Shown here: in pieces, positions 53,467-63,289 of the stretch
Layout of the letters: the number at the start of each line of letters is the position of its first letter
How positions within the stretch are numbered: position 1 is the stretch's first letter
Source of the DNA: Candidatus Altimarinota bacterium
Lineage (GTDB): Bacteria > Patescibacteriota > Gracilibacteria > UBA1369 > GCA-2718715
Direction: 5' to 3'
DNA: 64,000 nucleotides
Assembly: GCA_041242255.1 (NCBI GenBank)
Contig: JBESAV010000001.1
Span: 1 to 64,000, forward strand
Translations under genes and position numbers: made by a program
The notes under the pieces: model-generated
Database searches by the model: none
Told to the model about the DNA's origin: nothing
The model's input: the letters and a program-made list of their open reading frames with translations, nothing else

Positions 53467-53949
53467 TTAATCACACAAAAAATCCCTCACCACAAAGCCA
53501 GCCACTGAAAAAGCAACTGCCACATTCAAGGACTCCTTTTCACCATGCATTGGTATCTCCATCACATGATCACAAGCCTCCAAGATATCATCACTCAAAC
53601 CATCAGTCTCACTACCCATTACAAGGACAACATCCTCAAAATCCACTTCAATATCTATCTCAGCATAATCCTCAGCCAGACTCCCAGTTTCCACGGCAAC
53701 TATCACCTTACCATCTTCTTTAAGCTCCTCTATCAACTCACCACATATTCGTTCACTTTCCCAACTTATACTATTCTCTGCTCCCAAAGCAATCCTACTA
53801 AACTTAGGGATAACTATTCCATATTTATCTAAAGGACCAGGCGTGTAACCACACATCCAGATCTTCGAAACCCCAATCCCATCAGCACTCCTAAAACAAG
53901 TCGCCACATTCTGAATACTCCTCACATCATTTAATATCAGCTCCATCAA
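53467..53949 (-). CDS. TrmH/SpoU-family RNA methyltransferase
   Basis: DVRSIQNV..CFRSAD, ALGAE, VMGSETDGL, IPMHGEKESLNVAVA. Confidence 0.93.
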   Translation of the reverse strand: MMELILNDVRSIQNVATCFRSADGIGVSKIWMCGYTPGPLDKYGIVIPKFSRIALGAENSISWESERICGELIEELKEDGKVIVAVETGSLAEDYAEIDIEVDFEDVVLVMGSETDGLSDDILEACDHVMEIPMHGEKESLNVAVAFSVAGFVVRDFLCD

Positions 53950-54364
53950 TCAAACCTTTTAAAATATTTTTGATATTATTATAAGTTCTATCTTCTATTA
54001 GATAAATGTCTTTACTTCCAGCTTCAATAAAATCACCAGCCAACTCTCCTAATCCCTCCCTAACTCTCAATCTTAAAAACAAATCGCCCTCTTCGCTCTT
54101 AGCCATATATTGCAGACTTTCTAAAACTTTATTAGTCTCTTCAATTAATTTTTCTAACTCTCCGATGTAAAACATCCTCAATAAAACCAAACTATCATCA
54201 CTATCCTCAATAAACTTATCTACTCCCAACACATTCAAACCTTCATCTAAATTCACAAATCGATCAAACAGATTTTTTGATGCTTTGACTGCATACCAAT
54301 TTTGATTATCAGAAAATGCATTCCAATTCCGCTCAAACGACAACAATTCGAACCCCTCCTTCAT
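53927..54364 (-). CDS. Hypothetical protein
   Basis: 145-aa ORF overlapping the methyltransferase start. Confidence 0.6.
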   Translation of the reverse strand: MKEGFELLSFERNWNAFSDNQNWYAVKASKNLFDRFVNLDEGLNVLGVDKFIEDSDDSLVLLRMFYIGELEKLIEETNKVLESLQYMAKSEEGDLFLRLRVREGLGELAGDFIEAGSKDIYLIEDRTYNNIKNILKGLIDGADIK

Positions 54365-54422
54365 TTACAAAAATAATATTACATGCTATAATTTAAAGAT
54401 TAATATTAATAAATCAAGTCCA

Positions 54423-55223
54423 ATGAATAATTTTGAACATATTAAAGTTCCAGCGGCACAAATTCTAAAAAAATATATAGCTGAACCAAACACCGATTTA
54501 AAAGTAAAATTAGAAGCTGCTAACCAAGCCATTGATGAATTATTTGAAGCAAATGCACCTCTATTTGTAGTTGCTACACCCGAAGAAGTGAATTCTGATG
54601 TAATTTTAAACATAGATGCATACTTCTATAAATCACCAAAGCCCAACCCAAATCAAGAGGTATATACCGTTTTTCCTTCAGAACTAGAAAGAAGCGAAGT
54701 AAAACCTAAATTTGGAGGTGAAGGTGAACAATTCAATGGAAAAGTACAAATCGAAGTTCTCTATGATGATTTATTAAACACAAATGAAGAACCTATTGAG
54801 TCAGAATTATACGATGACTTCTCCATAAACCTTATCAACTCTATAAAAAATAAACAAATCAACGCTTCAAATAAACTAGAAATAGCAGATCTTGGTGTTG
54901 AAACATTATTAGACAGTGGTTACAGACCATATATAATCGCAAAAGATGAAAACGAAATTCAATCATTACTAAAAACTGGTTTATCTAAAAACTTTTCAGG
55001 ACATATTTACCTAGGAATTGAACCACCAACTTCAGGAACAATAATAGAACTAAATATAACTGACCCTGAGAACCTAAAACCAGTTTTTGGAGGATCTGAA
55101 TCAGTATTTGCAGGTAGAGTAAATAATCTAGAAACCATTTCCAAAAAACTAATGAAGGTAAACGAAATTGCAACAGCTAGCTCAGATACGAATTCACAAG
55201 TACAAGAAAGTCTAGCCTCTTAA
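54423..55223 (+). CDS. Hypothetical protein with an internal domain duplication
   Basis: VKPKFGGEGEQFNGKV and LKPVFGGSESVFAGRV occur about 140 aa apart. Confidence 0.7.
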   Translation: MNNFEHIKVPAAQILKKYIAEPNTDLKVKLEAANQAIDELFEANAPLFVVATPEEVNSDVILNIDAYFYKSPKPNPNQEVYTVFPSELERSEVKPKFGGEGEQFNGKVQIEVLYDDLLNTNEEPIESELYDDFSINLINSIKNKQINASNKLEIADLGVETLLDSGYRPYIIAKDENEIQSLLKTGLSKNFSGHIYLGIEPPTSGTIIELNITDPENLKPVFGGSESVFAGRVNNLETISKKLMKVNEIATASSDTNSQVQESLAS

Positions 55224-55442
55224 AAACTCCTCATAACTTGGAAACCACCATCCTTCCATAAGCCCAATTTTAGTTCCACCAAAATCAAAGTACGGCTCAT
55301 AATCACTTCTCTCACCGAAGTAAGCCGTGCTTTTTTCACCGTGATCTATCATCTCTTCATTTTCACCTCCATCAGCAAACCCAACCAAACTTCCACCAAA
55401 AATCACTACAGAAACCAACGCAACTCCTATTAATCTTCTCAT
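55212..55442 (-). CDS. Small secreted protein downstream of msrB
   Basis: MRRLIGVALVSVVIFGGSLVGFA signal peptide; 8-nt gap after msrB. Confidence 0.6.
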   Translation of the reverse strand: MRRLIGVALVSVVIFGGSLVGFADGGENEEMIDHGEKSTAYFGERSDYEPYFDFGGTKIGLMEGWWFPSYEEFLRG

Positions 55443-55450
55443 AACAATAA

Positions 55451-55846
55451 TTATTTTTCTTCATTATTACCATCTCTATCCTCAAAGTCCAATACACATG
55501 AGTTGATACAATACCTCTGACCACTTTCTCCAGGCCCATCTGGAAACACGTGTCCAAGATGCGCATCACAATTTGCACAACGAACTTCAACCCTATTCAT
55601 CCCATGAGAAACATCTTCCACAAACTTTACAGCATCCTCATACACAGGATCAGTAAAACTAGGCCACCCACTTCCAGAATTATACTTAGTCCCACTATCA
55701 AACAGCACCTCTCCACAAACCAAACACCTAAAAACACCATCCCCCTTAAAGTCATTGTACTTTCCAGAAAAAGGGGCTTCTGTTCCCTTCTCTTTAGCTA
55801 CTCTTACTTGCTCCTCAGTTAAGCTTTCTCCTTTATAATTCTCCAT
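55451..55846 (-). CDS. msrB: Peptide-methionine (R)-S-oxide reductase
   Basis: GTEAPFSG, Cxx[25 protein letters not shown]. Confidence 0.98.
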   Translation of the reverse strand: MENYKGESLTEEQVRVAKEKGTEAPFSGKYNDFKGDGVFRCLVCGEVLFDSGTKYNSGSGWPSFTDPVYEDAVKFVEDVSHGMNRVEVRCANCDAHLGHVFPDGPGESGQRYCINSCVLDFEDRDGNNEEK

Positions 55847-55884
55847 AATTTATTTTTAAATATACAACCTTCACCCACAAATAT

Positions 55885-56385
55885 CTAAACCACATGACAA
55901 GCTCCTCCACCATTTTTCTGAAAGTATTTCTGATGATACTCTTCAGCCTTCCAAAATTTCCCCATCGGTTCAATCAATGTCACAATCTTTCTCTCATACT
56001 CAGGCATAAGTTCTTTTTTTATGTCTTCAGCTATCTTTTTTTCAGCATCAGTTTCATACAAAACAATCGACCTATACTGACTTCCATAGTCAGGCCCTTG
56101 TCGATTAAATTGAGTTGGATTGTGAATCTCAAAAAACTTTCTAACTAAATCATCATAATCCACCTCAGTAGAGTCATAAATCACATGAACCACCTCAGCA
56201 TGCTCAGTTTCTCCACTACAAACCTCCTTATAAGTCGGATTTGGATATTCCTCATCATCTCCACCTGCATATCCCACCTCAGTATCCACAACCCCGTCCA
56301 TTTTCAAAAAAGCCTCTTCCACTCCCCAAAAACACCCAGCTCCGAAATACGCATGTTTCCAATCAGCAGACATAGATAAATTCAT
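55885..56385 (-). CDS. msrA: Peptide-methionine (S)-S-oxide reductase
   Basis: GAGCFWGVE, VGYAGG, RQGPDYGSQYRS, AEEYHQKY. Confidence 0.98.
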   Translation of the reverse strand: MNLSMSADWKHAYFGAGCFWGVEEAFLKMDGVVDTEVGYAGGDDEEYPNPTYKEVCSGETEHAEVVHVIYDSTEVDYDDLVRKFFEIHNPTQFNRQGPDYGSQYRSIVLYETDAEKKIAEDIKKELMPEYERKIVTLIEPMGKFWKAEEYHQKYFQKNGGGACHVV

Positions 56386-56496
56386 ATAAATAATTAAACT
56401 ATCCTAATTATACACCTACCAAATACATTCCGAAACAATACAAAAAACTGACCCACAACTCTAAGTTACAGATCAGCTAAGTTTCACATCTAAAAT

Positions 56497-59400
56497 TTAC
56501 AACTTACTAAAAGTTTCATCTAAAAGCTGTCTAACCTCAGTGTCCTCCAATGTTTTCTCAGGCATGAACTCATTCTCATCAACCCACAGGACAAGTCCAG
56601 CTTCAATACTAGCTTCAATCACTGTCGCAAACCAGTCACTAGTATCAACATCTACATAGTTCAAAGTATACTCCATAGATTCATAATCTACTTCCATTAA
56701 CCTTAAAGCCATGGCTAAAGCCTCAACTCTATATATTTCCCTATCAAGCTCAGCTCGTCCATTATCACCAAGTAAAACCCCTTTATCACTTCCAAGCACC
56801 ACGTACCAATACAATTCATCACTTGGCTCAACATCAGGGAAATCCTCACTTCCTGAAGTCGGAAGATTTTCACCAGTAATTTCAAGATAATTATCAAACA
56901 TAAATTTCAAGAATTCTCCACGAGTCACATTGATACTCTCAGGATCAAAAGTTCTAACTGGAGTATTTGAAAAATTATTCGAACCACCACCTGACGATGA
57001 AGTAGAGGTATTACTTTCTGGCTCAACTAATGATTCCTCAGAAGTTGTACCATCTACACTATTTTGCTCAACAACTTCAGTGCTTTCAATTTCATCACCA
57101 ATAGGCTCTTGATCAATTTGCTCTTCATAGAATTCTTCTTCAGTAGAACTATTATCATTAGACTCGCCTACAGTTCCACCACCTGAAGAGGAAGACTCTA
57201 CAACATTCGAAGAAGCACTTCCAGGCTGCGTTCCTATATCATAGACCTCTACAGTAAACTCACTTTCAAAACTCAAACCACCATCATCAGTAGTTACTAC
57301 ACAAATCTCATAAATATTATCTTCGTTTTCATCACGAGGAGTACTCGCATAAAAAGTATCTTTAGCTTTAAGCTTATCATCCTCAGTTACAAAGAATGCA
57401 TCATCTGCTTTCTGCACAGAACAACTCAAGGTATACACAAATCCATCAGGATTTTCTTCCCCATTATCATCCGTAGTTAAAGTTCCAATCGTAAAGTTTG
57501 GCTGCCTTCTTTCATTCAACCAAGCTTCATACCCATCATTCAATCTTAAATCAATCGGCGCTTCATTTACATTAGTAACAGTCACAAAAAGTGTTACTTC
57601 CGCAGTAAGATTTGGCTTACCATCATCCGTAGCATTCACACAAACTTCATATACACTATCTAAATTTGCATCACTTGGCTCCTCAAAGTTGAAGTCAGCA
57701 TTAGCAACCAAAAAGTCATTTTCATCTACCGTAAACAGAGCGTCATCAGCTCCAGCTACAGAACAAGTTTTCTCAAAGGTATGAGTATCTTCCTCATCTA
57801 CATCAACTGCAGTCAAAAGACCCACAGTATAATCAGCACCTTGATTCTCAGGAAATTCTCCAGTCTCAAGACCTCCTACCAAAACTCCTGTTGGAAACTG
57901 ATTGGCCTCAGTACAATCTAAACCATCATCAATAATAATCCATTCATACGGCTCAGCCTCAATCACAGCTCTCTCTTCAGCACCATGACAATAGTTCACC
58001 CCAGTAGCTCCAAACGATACTCCATTTTGAAGATCCAATTCAGACCATTCAATCAAAAGCACATCATAATTTTTAGTCGAGAAACCAGAACTAGTAAGCA
58101 TATTAGCTGCGTTCGTTACACTAGAAACATCCCATCCACTAATATCTTGATCAAAAGCAGAAGCACCAGTAAACATTTGGAACATATTTTGAACGTTTGA
58201 TACATTCCATACACCAATATCTTGATTAAAACCATTATTCACCTCAAACATTCTTTGCATATCTAAAACACCTGAAACATCCCACTCATCTAAAGGCTGA
58301 TTAAATAAATCAGCATCATAAAACATAAGTGCCATATCAGTAACATTTGATACATCCCAGTTATTAATATTTTGGTTAAAAGGAGTTTCAAAGAACATAT
58401 CTGACATATCCTCTACTAAAGATACGTTCCACCCACTAATGTTTCCATCAAAATCACTTTGCTTAAACGTAGCCGACATATTTGTCACATTTGATACATC
58501 CCAAGTCGAAACATTACCATTAAACTCAAGTGCTCTAAAAAACACTCTATCTAAAGAACTTACACCTGATATATCCCAATTATCTAAATCTTGATTAAAC
58601 TTAAAGGCTCCATCAAACATACGATCAATATTGGTCAAACTTGTAGTAACCCATGTATTTAGTGGTTGATCAAAAACTCTACAATCATAAAACATCAAAG
58701 ACATATTTTGAACATTTGATACATCCCATCCACTCAAATCTTGATTAAACTCAAAATTCCTAAAAAACATTCTTCTCATATCAGTAACTTGACCAACCTC
58801 CCAATCAGAAATATTTCCATTAAAAACATTAGCTCCCTCAAAAAGCTGGTTCATTTTAGTCAAACCAGAAACGTCCCAGTTATTAAGATCCTGGTTAAAT
58901 TTCCTAGCATTAAAGAATCCCCTATCAAAATTAGTCAAACTTGATGTATCCCATCCAGAAATATCACTATTAAACTCAAAAGCATTATAAAACAGTAGAT
59001 CCCCGTCTACTAAATTACCTACATTCCAAGTCGAAATATTCCCATTAAAAGAAGTTGCATTAAAAAACATTCTTTCCATTCTTTCTACATTTGACACATC
59101 CCAATTATCAAGATCGGCGTTCAAAGAACTAGCTCTCTCAAACATATAAGACATATCTGTCACTAATGACAAATCAGGAGCATCTGTAGCAACGATATTC
59201 ATATTATCACATCCATAAAAAGACCTTTCCATAGACTCCCAAGCAATCGTCCCCCATTGATCAATAGTAACTAACTTACTTGCATCACCAGTACTATTGA
59301 AATAAATCCTTGGAAAAGTACCAGAAATTCTAATAGTATAACTTCCTGGAGCCCCATAAGTATGAGTAATATCACCAGTTACCGCCAAATCAGTTTGACC

Positions 59401-59631
59401 ATCTCCCCAGTCCACATCGTAGTTATAAGTTGAACCTGCAAAAGTTGGAATAGTAAACTGGTCATCAGCTGACGTTCCCTCATTATCAGTTTGTACAGTG
59501 ATTACAAAATCATCAACCCCTGCAGCCTCAACTCCTGTATACTGAGAAACTGTAAAAAAACTAGCAACCAAACCAGCCACTAAAATCAAAAATGCTATCA
59601 TCAATGCATTCAAATGTTTGTTTATCATCAA
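56497..59631 (-). CDS. Surface protein: PKD-like + DUF285/BspA-like repeats + two cadherin-like domains + SLH
   Basis: N-terminal TM/signal; YDVDWGDG; 14 repeats of ~25 aa (FNQDLxxWDVSxVxxMxxMF); two cadherin-like repeats; S/G/E linker; C-terminal TRGEF/FPDV/RVEA SLH motifs. Confidence 0.9.
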   Translation of the reverse strand: MMINKHLNALMIAFLILVAGLVASFFTVSQYTGVEAAGVDDFVITVQTDNEGTSADDQFTIPTFAGSTYNYDVDWGDGQTDLAVTGDITHTYGAPGSYTIRISGTFPRIYFNSTGDASKLVTIDQWGTIAWESMERSFYGCDNMNIVATDAPDLSLVTDMSYMFERASSLNADLDNWDVSNVERMERMFFNATSFNGNISTWNVGNLVDGDLLFYNAFEFNSDISGWDTSSLTNFDRGFFNARKFNQDLNNWDVSGLTKMNQLFEGANVFNGNISDWEVGQVTDMRRMFFRNFEFNQDLSGWDVSNVQNMSLMFYDCRVFDQPLNTWVTTSLTNIDRMFDGAFKFNQDLDNWDISGVSSLDRVFFRALEFNGNVSTWDVSNVTNMSATFKQSDFDGNISGWNVSLVEDMSDMFFETPFNQNINNWDVSNVTDMALMFYDADLFNQPLDEWDVSGVLDMQRMFEVNNGFNQDIGVWNVSNVQNMFQMFTGASAFDQDISGWDVSSVTNAANMLTSSGFSTKNYDVLLIEWSELDLQNGVSFGATGVNYCHGAEERAVIEAEPYEWIIIDDGLDCTEANQFPTGVLVGGLETGEFPENQGADYTVGLLTAVDVDEEDTHTFEKTCSVAGADDALFTVDENDFLVANADFNFEEPSDANLDSVYEVCVNATDDGKPNLTAEVTLFVTVTNVNEAPIDLRLNDGYEAWLNERRQPNFTIGTLTTDDNGEENPDGFVYTLSCSVQKADDAFFVTEDDKLKAKDTFYASTPRDENEDNIYEICVVTTDDGGLSFESEFTVEVYDIGTQPGSASSNVVESSSSGGGTVGESNDNSSTEEEFYEEQIDQEPIGDEIESTEVVEQNSVDGTTSEESLVEPESNTSTSSSGGGSNNFSNTPVRTFDPESINVTRGEFLKFMFDNYLEITGENLPTSGSEDFPDVEPSDELYWYVVLGSDKGVLLGDNGRAELDREIYRVEALAMALRLMEVDYESMEYTLNYVDVDTSDWFATVIEASIEAGLVLWVDENEFMPEKTLEDTEVRQLLDETFSKL

Positions 59632-59665
59632 AGTAATATATTAAATCTTAATATAATACCATAAA

Positions 59666-59698
59666 AATAAGCCCCCAGCAACTCACCAAGGGCTTATT
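59666..59698 (-). terminator. Putative intrinsic terminator
   Basis: AATAAGCCC-loop-GGGCTTATT downstream of the TMEM43-like gene. Confidence 0.5.
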
Positions 59699-59719
59699 AA
59701 TCAATAAATCAATCTAAAA

Positions 59720-60808
59720 CTAAGACTTTTTATAATACTTATATCCAACCCCAGCTAAAATCAAACCAAGTATCACAAACAGCAGCCAACTATACCATAC
59801 TTTACCTAGTATAATTATGATCCCTCCAACCAATAGTGTAAGCACAAAACTCAATACACCAGCAGCGCCTTTTCCAAGGCTTCCTATTGCTGGAATAACA
59901 CTTAGAACTGTATGGAACGGAGCAAAAATCATACTAAATCCAACAAACATAAACAGAAGCGAAAAACCTCTAATCATCCACAATTTAGTCAGATATTCAC
60001 TATGCATTGTTTCCAAAGCCATGTCTTTAGTTCCAACATATAGTCCATGAATCTTTGCTTCATCTTCATAGTATGGATCCATCACTGATCTTTCAGCATT
60101 CCATTTACCAAAAAGTGTAGCCGTACTCAACTCAGGAACCACATAATACTTTATCCTAGCATCACCTATCTCAGGAGAACCAATAGTTCCAAATCCATTG
60201 AAAAGGTATTCCCCTTCTACCCACAAGTCATCAGTCAAAACTTCTACTTCACCAGTCACATCAGTATCAGCAGCTGGCATTCTCAATCCAAAAGTATCCA
60301 CATCCAAACCTGCAATGTTCATCATATCAGCTCTAGTAGTTGATATATCAAAATCATTATATACATTCTCATGTCCTTCAGGATCTTTAAACTGAGTAGA
60401 GTCAGGTACTTTTCTCACCCATTCTTTTGAGTAACTATAGGTGGTAGTCGTTGTACTAGATCCACCTGCATTAGTTTTAGTAGATCTATTTTCATCTTCT
60501 ACCCATGCATACGTCTCGACATCTCTTTTCAAAACCAAAGCATTTCCATATCTAGCATACTCATCCTCTAAAACTTCATCTACAGTCACTTCACCAGTCA
60601 AAGCCAAAAATTCTCCGTCCATTGTTTCAAGATTCTCAACTCCAAACTGCTCTAAGGCATTCACAGCATATTCCGAAATATCAACACTTCCTTCATTTGT
60701 AAAAAGGAAAATCCCAGAACCTACTACCAAAATCAATCCAATCAAAACTCCTTTGATAGAGTTCCCAATCCTTCCAAAGTAGGAAGTTGTTTTTGTCTCA
60801 GTGACCAT
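59720..60808 (-). CDS. TMEM43 (LUMA/DUF1625) family membrane protein
   Basis: GVLIGLIL...LFTNEG, LKRDVETYAWVE, YSYSKEW, PEIGDARI, C-terminal TM helices. Confidence 0.85.
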   Translation of the reverse strand: MVTETKTTSYFGRIGNSIKGVLIGLILVVGSGIFLFTNEGSVDISEYAVNALEQFGVENLETMDGEFLALTGEVTVDEVLEDEYARYGNALVLKRDVETYAWVEDENRSTKTNAGGSSTTTTTYSYSKEWVRKVPDSTQFKDPEGHENVYNDFDISTTRADMMNIAGLDVDTFGLRMPAADTDVTGEVEVLTDDLWVEGEYLFNGFGTIGSPEIGDARIKYYVVPELSTATLFGKWNAERSVMDPYYEDEAKIHGLYVGTKDMALETMHSEYLTKLWMIRGFSLLFMFVGFSMIFAPFHTVLSVIPAIGSLGKGAAGVLSFVLTLLVGGIIIILGKVWYSWLLFVILGLILAGVGYKYYKKS

Positions 60809-60899
60809 AAACTTAAATTAAATAACTAAAGGGATTATACATTTAAATTAGCCCTATCAAACAATTTTATTTAATATATCAACAAATTTAACAATCAAC

Positions 60900-61712
60900 A
60901 TGGATTATAAACAAGCCATTGAAACTGCTACTCGTCTGACCATAGAATACGCACCTAAGGCAATTCTGGCGATTATTACCTTAATCGTAGGTCTCAAACT
61001 CATCAAAATCTTCACCAATATTCTGCACAAAGCCTTCAAAAAAAACAAAGTAGACCCATCCCTTACAAGCTTCCTTGAAAGCTTCCTAGGAATAGGTTTA
61101 AAAATCCTACTCTTCATATCCATAGCCTCTATGCTTGGCATTGAAACGACCTCCTTCATCACCCTAATAGGTGCTGCCGGTTTAGCCGTAGGTCTTTCCC
61201 TTCAAGGCAGTCTATCTAACCTAGCCGGAGGAGTACTCATCCTTATCTTCAAGCCCTTCCAAGTTGGAGACTTGATCGAAGCTCAAGGTTACAAAGGTAG
61301 GGTTCGCAAAATCCAAATCTTCTCTACTCAACTCACAACCCTCGACAATAAAAGAGTAATCATACCAAACGGAAACCTCTCTAACGACAGCATCAAAAAC
61401 TACTCAGCTGAAGACAACATCAGGGTAGACCTTTCAATAGGTATTGGATACGGAGAATCCATCGATAAGGCCCGCCAAATCATCCAGGAAATCCTCAACT
61501 CAAACTCCAAAGTATCCAAAACCCCTGAGACATTCATAGGGGTTGAAGAGTTAGGAGATAGTGCAGTTGTATTATCAGTCAGAGCTTGGACAAAAGCAGA
61601 ACACTACATCATTCTTCCATTTGAACTAAGAGAATCCATCAAAAAAGCTTTCGACAAAGAATCAATCAACATGCCTTACCCACACAGAACAATTATTATG
61701 AAAAACTCATAA
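60900..61712 (+). CDS. mscS: Small-conductance mechanosensitive channel
   Basis: GAAGLAVGLSLQGSLSNLAGG, KPFQVGD, VIIPNG, LGDSAV, PYPHR. Confidence 0.96.
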   Translation: MDYKQAIETATRLTIEYAPKAILAIITLIVGLKLIKIFTNILHKAFKKNKVDPSLTSFLESFLGIGLKILLFISIASMLGIETTSFITLIGAAGLAVGLSLQGSLSNLAGGVLILIFKPFQVGDLIEAQGYKGRVRKIQIFSTQLTTLDNKRVIIPNGNLSNDSIKNYSAEDNIRVDLSIGIGYGESIDKARQIIQEILNSNSKVSKTPETFIGVEELGDSAVVLSVRAWTKAEHYIILPFELRESIKKAFDKESINMPYPHRTIIMKNS

Positions 61713-62327
61713 ACCGATTTCTTCTCGAATTTTAGAATAATTTTTCATATTAAAAACCAAAGCTTGCCAACCATTCTGGCGAGCTTTTTTCACATTTAAA
61801 GGATTGTCATCTAAAAACAAAAATTCTCCAGCCTTCAAGCCAGTCTCTTTGCAAAACACATCAAAAAACTCATCTTCATTCTTCATTACCCCATACTCAC
61901 ACGAAAAAAACATTTTCTTAAACATATTTACCTCATCTAGATTCCCAATCACCTCCATCTTATCAGTTGGACAATCCGAAAATATATAAACCGGTAACTC
62001 CTCACTCAAAACCTCATACAATAACTCCCACCCCTCATCCAAACGAGTGAAATTGTTGACCAGATCTTCAAAAACTTTAGCCGACCTCACTCCAAGATCA
62101 GCATAAACATTCCCCCAAAACTCCTCCGGCTCAATCAAACCACGATTATATTTCTTAAACAAAAGATTGTATTTACGACCATGCCTAGCAAATCTAATAA
62201 ACTTCAACCACCTTTTATCTCTTTTATATTCCTTATAAGCTTTTCCAACGACAGCAGAAAAGTGCCCTCGATCGAGGACACCATGCCAATCCATCACAAT
62301 AGCTTTCCATTTATTTTTGCTCTTCAA
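61707..62327 (-). CDS. HAD-superfamily hydrolase (IA variant)
   Basis: IVMDWHGVL motif I, FSD, K, LFLDDNPLNV..AR..GW. Confidence 0.85.
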   Translation of the reverse strand: MKSKNKWKAIVMDWHGVLDRGHFSAVVGKAYKEYKRDKRWLKFIRFARHGRKYNLLFKKYNRGLIEPEEFWGNVYADLGVRSAKVFEDLVNNFTRLDEGWELLYEVLSEELPVYIFSDCPTDKMEVIGNLDEVNMFKKMFFSCEYGVMKNEDEFFDVFCKETGLKAGEFLFLDDNPLNVKKARQNGWQALVFNMKNYSKIREEIGL

Positions 62328-63288
62328 GAACCTCTGGTTTATCTATATCTTTTCCAGCTCCTACACCATGAGCAATTCCAAACACCAACATCAATCCAAG
62401 TGTCAAAAATGGAATCCATCCAAGGAAAAATCCTACTACAATCTCAATAAAGGTAATCGGAACCAAGTAATTCAAACCAACACCATAAGCTTCAAAGTAA
62501 TCAAATTTAAACCCAAACATCTGTCCAAGTCCCCAGATCACAAAAGCCCACCAGAAATTCGTAATAAATCTCACAAACACTATCATCCCAAGCAAAATAA
62601 CAAACGAACCAATCCCCACAAATAACATCGCCATAGGTTCTATTCCTTGCCATCCATCTAGGATGAATTCTTTATCAAAAGTAAAATCTTCTGCCTCTTC
62701 ATAACTTTCAACAACAAACCCTTCACCTTCAACCTCAGCCATTGGGTTTGTCACAATGTATTGTTCACCAAAAAAGTAAAAACCTACCTTGTCCCTTGGA
62801 ATACTCTCTTCAGTCAAACCAAGTACACCTTCAGTATCAACAACAAACTCTAAATCTTCAGCATCCATACTTCTACCATCAACCTTAATCTCTCCTTCAA
62901 AACCTTCTCTCATACCCTCCCTAATTCCTTGTAAAAATTCTTGATTGAATTCACTATCCTCAAAAAAATCATACTCCTGTCCATCCAGAAGACCAGCTTC
63001 ACCGTCTTCTTTCAAAAACTCACTCAGTACAAATGGATCAGGTACATTTCTAGTACTCAAAACCCCATCTTCAAGCTTCACTTCAAAGTCCACAAAGTCT
63101 CTCCTAAAATCATCGGACAATTCACTTGTCATCCGACCAAATGACAGGACCATAAGTAAAGAACCTACCACTGATAAAATCACTCCCCAAAACACAAAAA
63201 ATCCTACAGAAGAACCCAAAGTAAAAAACTTACCTTTCTTCCAAAAATCTTTACTAAAAATTTCCTTAAACCTACTAAATAAAAACAT
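62311..63288 (-). CDS. Membrane protein, DUF1189-like
   Basis: N-terminal TM, acidic extracellular domain, three to four C-terminal TMs. Confidence 0.6.
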   Translation of the reverse strand: MFLFSRFKEIFSKDFWKKGKFFTLGSSVGFFVFWGVILSVVGSLLMVLSFGRMTSELSDDFRRDFVDFEVKLEDGVLSTRNVPDPFVLSEFLKEDGEAGLLDGQEYDFFEDSEFNQEFLQGIREGMREGFEGEIKVDGRSMDAEDLEFVVDTEGVLGLTEESIPRDKVGFYFFGEQYIVTNPMAEVEGEGFVVESYEEAEDFTFDKEFILDGWQGIEPMAMLFVGIGSFVILLGMIVFVRFITNFWWAFVIWGLGQMFGFKFDYFEAYGVGLNYLVPITFIEIVVGFFLGWIPFLTLGLMLVFGIAHGVGAGKDIDKPEVLEEQK

Positions 63289-63289
63289 A

